Source: Ptychomitrium polyphyllum
Taxonomy: Eukaryota
Reading direction: 5' to 3'
Length of the DNA stretch: 64,000 nucleotides
NCBI GenBank assembly: GCA_973851085.1
Contig: OZ316775.1
Location: 18,228,001 to 18,292,000 of the forward strand
Part shown: in pieces, positions 13,751 to 25,837 of the stretch
Numbering within the stretch: position 1 is the first letter of the stretch
Layout of the letters: each line of letters opens with the position of its first letter
Made by a program: the position numbers and the translations under genes
The notes under the pieces: model-generated
What the model saw: the letters and a program-made list of their open reading frames with translations, nothing else
Databases searched by the model: none
What the model was told of the DNA's origin: nothing

Positions 13751-15048
13751 AGAAAGGACTCGCGGAGACCGGTGCCCGGAACGACTTCGGCAGCCGAGTG
13801 ATCGCTCGCTCGCGCGCTCACTCGGCTGCTTGTGGACGAAAGGAGCCATTTCGGGGAGGGGAATTGCGCAACCTCCGCCGAGGTTTTGCGCAATTGCGTC
13901 GCTCATTAACCTCAATTTCCCGGGCTCCAGATCTCCACCATCTCCGCACCGCATTATCATCAAGTTTCCGCTTGAAGCGCTCCTCGATTGCTTCTGTTGC
14001 TCAGTCTTAGCTCCTGCCTGAAGGACTGAGCGCGCGGGAGCGAGTTCGAACGAGGAATTCGGATAGAGCTCGACGTTGATCGAATTAGGTAGATGTCACG
14101 TGTGCCACACTTTTGATTGTGTGTGAGAAGGAGAGCCGGTGTCGTACGAGTGAGCTCTGCGAGTGACGCTACCGAAGGTTGCATTGTTGGCGAGAGGGAA
14201 GGATTGCTCGGGTTGAAGTCTGTAGTTGTTAGCGAGCGAATGGTCAGCTGGAGAGGATGTAGTTTTTGTTGATTCTTTGGAAGTGTTCGCGATGTTTTGC
14301 CATTGCCGGAATGGTTTGTGGAGATTTCTCAGCCTGATAAGTTTTCGGTGCGCGAGCAGCTCGCAGGTTGCTGTGCGTGTTGCTTGAGGAACGGTGCTCA
14401 GTAAAGATGACGATAATTCGATTTGCGTCGATTTTGTTTATTCGCTAGGTCTCTGTTGTGAACGCTGTCAGAAATGGACGGCGAACGATCCAGTTCTTTC
14501 TACGTTGATTGTTTTTGGAAGTTTATTGGATGTGAAATCTAAAGTTTCAGCTGTCTGCCACGGATGTAGAATCAATTCTGAGATGATTCTTACCGATTTT
14601 TGAAATCTCAAGATTGAAGAGCATGAAAGTTACAGGAAATTTGAAGCAGTGGCTGCGAGTTGAGTTTGTGAGCAGACCAGTGGGATCTGAATTTTACTGG
14701 AGCTAGATACCGATATTGATGCTAGTCGGTGGACTTTTCGGTGGACTATTTGATGAAAAGGGCAGCAGGAGTCTTCAAGGACCCTCTTCACGCGAATTTC
14801 ACTTCAGAAGAAATCATCCCACTCTCTGTTGCACTAGGTAGTTTGAGACATGCTAGATAGCTCTTGACAAGTTCTATTCCAGATGGACATTATTGTTCGC
14901 GTTTAATTTACAAGTGGACCTGATCCTGTGACACTGACCAATGTGTACTGTACTTGCAACGGTGAAACCGAAGTTCCATTCCATAATCTTAGTTGCTTTC
15001 GACGTATGATCTGCGGAGACATCCGCAGATTTCTGAACCTTTGTGAAA

Positions 15049-18000
15049 ATGTGCGAAACTATGGACAGAAGCAGCAACCACGATTCGGGATCATCTGATG
15101 GCTCTGGATCCCTAAATACTTCAATGGACAAGGAAGCCACACAGGCTGTGCAAGTTGCACTGAATGTGAGACCGCTGATCATACAGGAACGCATCCAAGG
15201 GTGCAAGGACTGCATTCTTGTTGTTCCCAGAGAACCACAGGTATGTCTTCTTAAGACCTCTTTCTTTTTCTTATATTTTTATTTGGTAGTATGAGGCGAT
15301 TAGAGACGAGAAGTGTACAAAGCTTCGACATGTTTTGTATGTGTAGTTTTGAACGTGATAGAATTTTTACAAACCTCGTGACGATTGAACTTGGAGAGGT
15401 TACAGGTGCAAATTGGTAGTCACTCCTTTACGTTTGACCATGTTTTTGGGAGCACTGGCACCCCGCTACTGTCATTATTTGAGCGGTGCGTAGCGCCGCT
15501 TGTTGAAGGCCTCTTTCATGGATATAATGCTACTGTTTTAGCATATGGACAGGTATGATACCGTTCTCACTTCCATGTCTGCAGTATTTGTTTCACTAAC
15601 TTCTTAGAGAACGATATACACTCTTTAAGTAGGGGTCACTATTTGACTCGTAACAGTTTCCTATTGTGATACTTTTCCACTCTATAAGTTCTTCGACGTC
15701 CATAGATATGGTTGATCCTGAATTATATTAGAGGACCACGAATCCAGGGGTTGCTCCGTAGAGATGTTAAAGGATCATTTGCCGCCAATGCATGAGTCCT
15801 GTAAAGTGTGTATCTCTCTAAGTTTATCACATACTGTCAATATGAATGATACGTCAGAAGTATTTCTACACGAGCGTCAAAATTCCGCAAACAACGAGAA
15901 ATCATGACCTGAGAAGTGGTTCTAAAAAGGGTCATATGTAGCAAAGACTCTTTGTTTTTCTGAAGCTTGCTTTTCTTTCCAAGCGTTTTCTTGTTTATGG
16001 TTGTGACTGAGGTTTGTGTGGAGTACAGACAGGGTCAGGGAAGACCTATACGATGGGTACAGCCTATACCGTAGGAGGAAGCTCGGAGGGAGTAATTCCG
16101 AAGGTTATGGATACTATTTTCAAGAAAATTGAAATTCTGAAGGCCAACTCGGATTTCCAGCTTAGAGTCTCATTCATTGAGGTACGAGAGTTTGCAAAAG
16201 GGTAAAACTAATACGTGGTTACTTGTGAATAGATGGGAAAGATGCAACCGCTAGGTATTGCGGCGGAGAAGGAGAGCTGAACGTAGCTTGCCTGGAAGTC
16301 TAGAGAGCATATAAATAATTAGATGATTAATCTTCTAATATCCTTCACCATCTCAATATACGTGTTCCACAAGAATTAATAGATTCCCTGCAACTCAGAG
16401 ACTAGAGTCTATCTCGGGAAGGGTCCTCCACTACTTCTATATTTGCACACATCTTCTCACGCCAAATGGAGCTGCTTAATTTTTCTGAGACATTTTTCTT
16501 TGTAGTGATAAGCTTTGATTTTATTTATTTATTTGTCAATTGTCGAAAATGGTAGATTTTGAAGGAGGAAGTACACGATCTTCTGGACCTTAGTTCACCT
16601 TCTGCAGAGGTTCCCACCTCAAATGGCGCAAGTGGCTTGGCGTTTGGTGGAGGACTGAAAACAGGAGCAATTGTGAAGCCGCCAATCCAAATCCGGGAGA
16701 CAGGTCATGGTGGAATTACTCTAGCTGGTGTAACTGAAACTGAAGTGACTTCCTTAGATGAAATGGCTGCGTGTTTAGAGCAAGGTTCCCTTTGCCGAGC
16801 CACTGGCAGCACCAACATGAATTCAAGTTCCAGGTTGGTGAATTTCGACGAGCAGTTGCAACGTTGTCGTTTGTTATGAACAGTTGAACAGAGTGTGCAT
16901 TCACTTTGGCGGATTAATTCTACATAGTATTTTCTGTGATATACTTAGGTTGTTTACCCGCCTACCCTGCTCTAAGTCCATTGAACTGGATAATTATTGA
17001 ATGTAAGGTGTTGGTCATGTTCATTTTCTCTACTTAGCACAATGTAGCAAGTGTCGAGATTGTGGTATATCGATCTAATTCACGTACATATTCGCTGTTG
17101 ACATGTCTCAGCCGATCGCACGCAATTTTCACCATTACCGTCGAGCAGAGGCGAAAATGGGACTCGCTCACGACCGGTACGGGAGTGCTCGATGATGACT
17201 GTGATGATTATCTATGTGCAAAGCTTCATCTTGTTGATTTGGCAGGTTCGGAACGAGCTAAAAGAACTGGGGCTGATGGCATGCGATTCAAAGAAGGTGC
17301 CGTTTTCATCTCAATTTCTTGACTCTTTCATTGACCTTTAATAATGTCATTTCAGACGTTGGCTCGCAAGGATATAAATGAACAATCAAATCTTAGTGCC
17401 GCTTTGTGGCGCTAGTAAATCAATGTAGTGACCATCTCACTTAAGGCAATATTCAGATTGCTCACAGTAAGTCTCATTATACACGCGTTTGAAGCCATAT
17501 GGCCATTCTCTGCATCCATCTCAAACTCTACCTTGGGGTACTTGGCATTTCTGGATACGCCGTAACATGACTAAAGCGATCTTCAAAGAAAATATTGTGC
17601 CTCAATGTCGATTGGCCAATGCTTTCAATACTCAGTCTAAGGGGACCTAGGGTCTTACATGCGCATATATGGTCCTAGGGGAATGCAAATACCACTCCAC
17701 CTTGTAGCATACGACAAAAGCAAATGATGCTTAGGTAGTTATTATATTCACCACCATCTGAAATTTTTAGTCTGAAAAACATGTAATTGGTGCATTTGCG
17801 CAGGTGTACACATAAACAAAGGCCTGCTAGCTCTTGGAAATGTGATCAGTGCTCTTGGTGATGATAAGAAGCGGAAGGAAGGAGGGCACGTTCCATACCG
17901 GGATAGTAAACTCACTCGGTTGTTGCAGGCAAGTGAAGCTCACACCGTAGCTTTTTCCACAAAGTTGCAATTTTTGTATGTGCGCAAACATCCTTCTTCG

Positions 18001-21000
18001 TTTCTGGACTTTCCATGTTAACGAGGCATCATTCACGGGGTTTCCTAAGTTAGTCGGCATTGGTCTGCAGGATTCCTTAGGAGGCAATAGCAGGACCGTC
18101 ATGATAGGTGAGTGTCAAATATCTCATTCAAAACCATCTCACCCCTCATTGTGATATGAGCTGCAAGATTTGGAAGATTCAGCAATATTGCAAACAATTG
18201 TTTTCATAGTTTTCCTTACTTTGAGTTTCACCTTGTTCTTGCAGCTTGTGTAAGTCCGGCCGATTCAAACGCGGAGGAGACGTTAAACACGCTGAAGTAT
18301 GCCAATCGAGCTAGGAACATACAGAATAAACCTACGGTATAACCTACTGCATTTTAAAATCTCTGTTTCCAGTCAGTATTCTGTAGTAATCTAACATCCA
18401 TGCCTACAACTGAGTCGAAGTATCTCGTATATTAATTCAAATGAAATATTTGTTTCAATATGAAATGCAGGTGAACCGTGATCCCATGGCCGCTGAAATG
18501 CAGCGAATGAGGCATCAGCTAGAGGTGATGCAAGCGGAGCTCATTTGCGCCCGTGGTGGAGGTCCATCCTCCGCAGATGCTCAGGTAAAATGGTCTAGAT
18601 GATAGTTCGTGCAATCGACGTGGCTACTTTAAATCTTCACCTTATATATTGGTGATACCGTTCATGTATGCCTATAAAAAGGCATTCTCAGATGCGGTAT
18701 TGAAGGAAGAACTACACTCTTTTCATATGCCATTGAAATGGCACGCGTGTTTCTATTTCAATTTACGAATAGGCTTGTTTTTGGAGACAGTTACCACATC
18801 AAATCAAGTTTATGGCAAAAAATTGCCTCTTACCTATTGTATGTGGTTGGTAATTTGAGTACGAAATTCTTTGTTTTTGATAGATGTTAAAGCAAAAAAT
18901 TGCATGGCTTGAGGCTAGCAACCTGGATTATCGTAAGGAGCTTGAACAGAATCGGGCGCGAATGGGAAAATTGACCCACCAAGCTATCGAGTCACAGGTA
19001 ATCATCGCCGGCAAGGTCCCAATTTCACTCAGAATACGTGTTTGCAACTATGAACGATGGTGCTGAGGTTTCACATGATATGCTACAGATATACAATCTT
19101 GAAAGATTTTTACTGTATTCCAGTCTGTGCTGCAATTTGAAAGATAGAATTGTTTTCATGCTTAGTACTGTTCTTCCAAAAATATATATATTTCATTCTC
19201 CAGATTCGTACTCGCATCCTCTAGGCACATGTTTCCTTGTACACAGTAGTATCTACTTCTGATACCTTTGTGTAGGTGTGTAAGGACAAACTTCAGTTCA
19301 AACTTGATCAACTGCGTGCTGGGAAGACCTTTCAGGAACTGGATGACGAGGACATTTCTGAGGTTTGTGCTCAGTCCTTAAAATGTTGATATTGTGGCCA
19401 CCTGCAGTACTTTTGGTTACCTTCCACAAAGTGGATAATTGGTAGTATACGTTCTTCGAGAATCTTTTGAAAATTTGAAGGATGATCTTCTTTGCTTGAC
19501 TCGTAACCCGAGTACATTTCGAAGGGCCTGATCTTTAGTCCTGGTTTTCAGACGGACGACATGCTCAAGGACTACGTTTCTAAGATTCAAGAACTAGAGA
19601 CTGAATTGCATCATTACCGGTCTCTTCAAACGAATCCAAGAAGTTCAAAACCTTCGTTGTTGACACCGACTGCTGGTCTCGGCGACAACTGCACGGTGAC
19701 AAATTTTGCTGCCGACATTCTTCCTTCAAGTACGAATTCGTGTTACTTTGATGCGAAAAGTCTAACTCTTGATTATTCGTTGGATGAGTTCTTGAGACAT
19801 TCCTAATAACGAATTGAACTAAAAGCAGTTGGTCAAAAATGAATGAATAGTAGTCCCGGAATTATGAACATGGCCATTCGAGGACGTCAAAGTTTTATCC
19901 AAGTTTTTCTATTCCAGGTAATGTTCCTGAAGCAGCTGAAGCAGAAGTGCATGCAAAGGAATGGGAGCACACTATGCTCCAAGAAAATCTTGACAAAGAG
20001 CTGAAGGAGCTCGACAAAAAACTTGAACAGAAAGAGGTGGGTTCTGTTAACCTTGTCTACTTAAATCTTCGTCATTGTATTAGTAGCGCTGAAATTTCTA
20101 GGCCTCTAACACAATCAGAAAGATTTCTCTTGGTAGCTTTGGTGCGTACAAACATTAATTTCACTTGGGTGTGTGACGCAGGCGGAGATGAAATCCTTTG
20201 TGAAACCTGAAACTGTGGTCTTAAAGCAGCACTTCGAGCGGAAGCTTGTCGAGTTGGAAGAGGAAAAGAAGATGCTGCAGGTTGCATTTCTCAACGAAGT
20301 TTCGTTGAACTAATTTTCAGATTTTCATCAAACTCTTGAATATGTGCTGCAGGTTTAGTTTACTAAGAACCATTCCAGCTATGACAATGTTGCTTTTTCC
20401 TCCCCTCTGTACCAACACAAATTTCGATTGAGAAGTAGCAACTAGATTTTACGCTATGGTCTCTAAAATTTTGATCTCTTATAGTAACAGATTTTAACAG
20501 TTTTTATGGGTAGTACAGAGAGAACGAGACACGTTGATGACCGAGCTTGAGTCCCTAACAACTACATCAGATGAGCACACCCAGAAGTTGCAAGAATCTT
20601 ATGGGAACAAACTGAGGACCCTTGAAAGTCAGGTATGACTGAAGTTTACGCCTCTTTTCCAACTTGGCAAGCCAATTCTACGACTATAGCTTACTTGCGA
20701 ATCAATGGCACTTTGCTAAGACAATTAGTTCTTCGCTGTTTTCATTGGGAACAGATCGCAGGCTTGAAGAAGAAACAGGAGAATCAATCTCAACTTCTTC
20801 GGGCCAAACAGCGCAGCGAGGAAAGCGCTAAGCGTCTGCTTGAGGAAATACAACGTATCAAGTCCCATAAGGTGCCTTACTACGTTCTTAAGCTCTTGAG
20901 CTAGAAATCATGTGCTGAATCGATCTTGTGACTAAATCTCGTAAGCAAACAAGCATTTTTGATGGAAACACACATTTACCTGTTCTATATGTCAACATCT

Positions 21001-24000
21001 TGAGTACGTGATGTTCAGATCTTTGAGTGCTTGTTTTTCTTATATTCTTCAAGTGATGGGTGAATATTTTCCTTGAATACGATTAGTTCGAAGAGCTCTC
21101 CCGTGGCAAGTGCCTCCTGCTGACTTTTGTTCTATTGCTGTTACAGGTGCAACTTCAGCAGAAACAAAAGCTAGAATCTGAGCAGTTTCGTGTCTGGAAA
21201 GCACAGAGAGAGAAAGAGGTTCTTCAGGTAGTACTTTTGCTCCCCCACATGGGTCATATCTTGAATTACAAAGCATCTGCGCTTTTTACGAGAGATTTTT
21301 TTAAGTTTGGTTATCTGGGAGAACCTGCTAATTGTTTCCTTTATCATTACATGGTGGAAACAGCTTCGTAAAGAAGGGCGTCGGAATGTGTACGAGATGC
21401 AGAAACTTCAGGCTTTACATCAACGACAAACCAAGGTGTTTAGAGCATTTTTTTCCTGTTCTGCATTTAGATGTCTGCCACTCTTTGATGGTCAACCTCG
21501 TATCATTTTGTTTACAGTGACTAACAAGAGAATGGAAACTGATGAAACAGCTTTTTTCTACTAAATCGTAGAGGGTATGGTGTGCTGCAGGTCTTGCAGA
21601 GAAAGACTGAGGAGGCTGCTGCAGCTACTAAACGACTTAAAGAACTTCTTGAAGCGAGAAAGTCCAACAAAGAGAATGCCTCTACGGGTATTTCTTCAGC
21701 TTGAACTTTGTATATGTCACTACATTTTGTACATAGACAGGCAAAGTGCGTTATAACCTTATTATGCATGTATATTCTTTCAGATTTTATGTTGATATTA
21801 AAACTAGTTTGGCATTGCCACCTCCTGCACTCATTGACATTTCCACGGGTTTCTTATGCAGGCTCTGGGATTATCACTGGATCTGGCACACAGGTGTGCC
21901 TTCGAGGAACTTTTTTCTTTAGTCTTGTAGTAGCAGATAATGCTTCACCAAGTTTTTATTCACTCGGAACATCTGATTGGGTGCCTAAAAACCTCCATGT
22001 CCTTAGTGATATTTAATGATTATGTTTCACTCGGTGCAATTGCAGAGTGAGAAAGCACTGCAGAACTGGCTGGAGCAGGAGCTTGAGGTTGCTGTGCGTG
22101 TGCATGAGGTTCGCTCTGCTTACGAGAAACAAATGGCAGAGTAAGCATCGCTTCGACCATGCTTTGCTTGAAGTTGTGCAAATGAGATGAGCTTGACTGT
22201 GCACAATGTGGTCTTTTGGACTTTGGATTCGGTAATGAGAGAATATTAGCTCTCGTTCTTCGAAGGTTAAAAATATTTGCCTGGTTTCTTTTCATTATGG
22301 AAAGGCTCTCTTACTCGATCTCGAGTGATGGATACGTCAGGTTCTTAGTTTTGACACGGACATAGATTGTTCTAAGACAAAGATTTATCTAAATTCATAC
22401 GTTGCTTTACTTCATCTATACAGACGGGCAGCTTATGCTAAGGAGTTGGCCGAACTTAGACAAGACGAAGATAAATCTTCAAGTGATCCTGATGAGCGTT
22501 CGATGTCTAGGTGAGCCTTGATCAATTTATAGACTCTGCTTTCTATTCTCACCGCGAAGGCATTTGACATTTCTCCTTTACTTATCCCCTAGGACCCCTT
22601 GCATCAAGAAGCTGGAATAGAAGATGGTTGTGTTTCCAGTAATCAATCTGATATGTGTCTTTGAGAATCTACACGAATGCTTACATTTGCTCGTATCCTG
22701 CTGCATCAATTCATCGTTTATCTGCAATGAACTACTTTACATCCAACTCCTGCAGTATCCAGGTCAGATCTTGATTCTGTGGTGGGCCGCAGGTCTTCTG
22801 ACAAGGAATGCGCTGTGTCCACTCGTAGTACCAGAATCACGTTGTTGGAGAGTATGCTCACTTCATCGTCCAGCTCTTTGGTGGCTATGGCTTCTCAACT
22901 TTCGGAGGCTGAGGAACGCGAGCGGAATTTTAATGGACGTGCTCGATGGGCTCATCTGCGTTCTATGGGCGATGCTAAGAATCTGCTTCACCTTGTCTTC
23001 AATGCAGCATCTCTCGCAAGGTTTGTCATAATCCTGAATCCGCATATTCATTATTCGCACCCTTGGCTATATTTATGTCGTTTTCGTAGTCGATGTCTTG
23101 TGCTTATTTCGAACGTGTCGGTGAACGAATCAATATGGAAAGGAAGACTCAAACCAACAACTTTTCTAGTTTTCGTATCACGTATTAATGAAGGATTATC
23201 TGCTCTTGACGTTTGCAGGTGCCAAGTTCGGGACAAGGAGGAGGAAGTTAAAGATACAAGGGAGAAAATGGCGGAATTAGAGGAACTGTTGAGGCAAAGT
23301 GAGATCCATCGCCAGGACCTTGAACAACAACATCGTCTGAAGGAACAGCAATTTAATGCCGCCTTGTCTGCAGCCACAAAGGTTAGTTCTGTAATTCTTG
23401 TATGTTCGTCCAAGCGTTAACTGCCATTGTTTTGTTGGTTTAATTTTACAATGGATATGGCATACACTTGAAAAAAATTCAGCATTTTGTTGGTCTGATC
23501 TGTCACATACAATTCTAAACCCAAATGCAAATTCGACAGAGTGGCTTCGGGGCCGTGAAGAGGCGTGATGTTGAGAAGGTATCCGTCTTGACCAAATGGA
23601 GACAATCGTCAGACCCAGCGAAAGATTCTAGCTCAGGAAGTGAAAAGTCCTCGTATGCTCTTCGTAAGGTACACCATCGGTCATATTGCCTCATGCTCCC
23701 GTATGTTAAAACTACAAGATTTGACATCAGGAAAAGTATTTAAATGGTTGGAAGACATTATTTTCGCATCTTCGAGCCTAGGAAAGCAATCTGTTTGTAT
23801 GCAGTCGGTTTATTTTGGATGTCTGCCGGTAATTTATCCAACGAACTAATCTCGTTATGTCATGGTAATCTTGATCCAGGGACCTGCGGATTTACGACGT
23901 CATTTATCTGATACTGAGTGGGATTCGGATGTTCATTTGTCTGACAATGATCTGTCTATGGACAATTCGGATTCAGGTTGGGAAGACAAGTACGTTGGTC

Positions 24001-25837
24001 GCAGAAATAACTCATGTTCTGGATCTGGGCGCAGCACGCATAAAAGTTTTTTGGCGAGGAAGTCAAAGGGCAATAGCAATGGTCTTCACCCCCAGGTAAT
24101 GGAGAAGACTCCGGATTTTATAGAGGCAATTCCTATCCCAAAAAGAAATCAACCGATTTTCGATGACACCGAGCATACCCCAATCAAAGTATCCAAGTCT
24201 GCGGTTGGGCAGTCCGAGATGTGTGCCAACCATGAAGAACCCGTTACTCCTGACAAGCCGACTGCTTCTTCATCGAGCTCGCCAACTGATTTCCAAGGAT
24301 TAATTCCATGTTCTTTTGAAAGAGCTCAATCAGAACAATCACCAGAAGGAGAAGGGGGTAATAGACGCCTATCGCTAGCTGGAATTCTGGATGAAGTAGA
24401 AGCAGGTGCACGTCGTGCTGAGCGTGCCATGGCTGCTGAAAGGGCTGCAATGGTTGCTCAAGCAGCTGCGTTGCTCGACTCAGCGTTTCACGAGGGGGCA
24501 AGCCCCACTAAGGAGCGTGCAGGCCATCTGGGTTCAGGGGAAGAAAGTGAGGGAGAAAGAATTCGACGTCGACCTTTGTCTGACCTTGGCAACATTAAGG
24601 TGAGCGAATTGTTTGTTTTTTAACTGCCATAGTCTCTGAGATTGTAGATTCGTGTAACTTCGTTTAAGACCACTATTGACGAAGTGTTGTCGATATGCAG
24701 ATGCTCAGCAGTCAAGGGAAGCCTAAGCGGAAGCAACGCACCACATACAACCTTGTAACCCAAGAGCCGAACCCCCCCAGAGCAGATCCACCATCGAGTC
24801 CACTTCCATCTTCAATTACGTCATTAATATCAGCCAGGGCATCCTTGATGAGTGCAGTCACTCCAAACTCGAATCGTAACTCCGATGTTCCTCATGCAGT
24901 GAGCTCAGACCGTCAAAGACCAGTGCCTTTACCTCTTCCTCCTGCTTATGAATCCTTTGGTACGAACAGCCCTTCACGGAAGCGTCCACCACACGAATCG
25001 TCAGTGATTACTGCCAATAGCCCCCTTCGGACAGCTCCTAGCTTCGAATCCTCATCATTTTCTGCAAGAAGCCCCTTACGTTCAAATTCAGCTCCGAGCT
25101 TTGAACTAGCAATGACTCCCAGCACCCCTGGACGCACAGCTCAGACCTATGATTCGGGGTTCACTGCCAAGAGCCCTCTTCGTACTGCTTTAGTGCCATC
25201 TTTTGAACCAGCAATGACTCGCAACACCCCTGGACGCATAGCTCAGACCTATGATTCAGGGTTCTCTGCCAAGAGTCCTCTTCGTACTGCTTCAGTCCCA
25301 CCCTATGAACCCGCAATGACTCCTAGCACCCCTAGACGTACTGCTCCGGCCTACGATTCAGTGTTCCCTGCGAAGAGCCCCCTTCGTACAGTTTCAATGA
25401 CATCCTATGAACCGTTGATCAGTGCCAACAGCCCTCTCCGGATGCTGCCCAGTTATCAGAAACGAATTGTCAGTCCAAGCGCCAGCCCAATGAAGCAGAC
25501 ACACTATGGAACTGAATCTGAGGTAGAATCAAGACACCATACGCTTGGGTCTTTCGAACCACGACCGAGTCAAGCACTTGGGGGTACGGAGTCAAGGCAG
25601 AACAAGGATGCTGATTTTAGGATAAGTTCACTTGCAGGTCTTGAATCCATCCGGTCGAAGAATGGCACATTCTCAAGTATAGATTTAATGCAGCGTAATA
25701 AAAACATAGTTAATTCCGGGATTGGTACGAGCCAACCTGGCAGTGCTAGAAAGCCTAAGGAGTCCGTGCCTGCCAGTCCAGCCGCCAAGCGTGAGAAAGA
25801 AAACATGCGTTCAACTTTGAGGGAAGGTCGGCGGTAA
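15049..25837 (+). CDS. KIN4: Kinesin-4 family motor (KIF4/FRA1/Kinesin-4C-like), more than 20 exons
   Basis: Motor motifs: [30 protein letters not shown] (P-loop), [79 protein letters not shown]. Kinesin-4 coiled-coil segments: [53 protein letters not shown]. Stop at 25837. Confidence 0.95.
25070..25440 (+). repeat. Coding tandem repeat, 102-bp (34-aa) unit, about 3.5 copies, in the last kinesin exon
   Basis: GCAATGACTC recurs at 25109, 25211 and 25313. Unit approximates [34 protein letters not shown]. Confidence 0.9.

Noticed and set aside
13549..14184. Overlapping ORFs of 153, 134, 63 and 74 aa
   Set aside because: GC-rich promoter/5' leader of the kinesin gene. No domain similarity.
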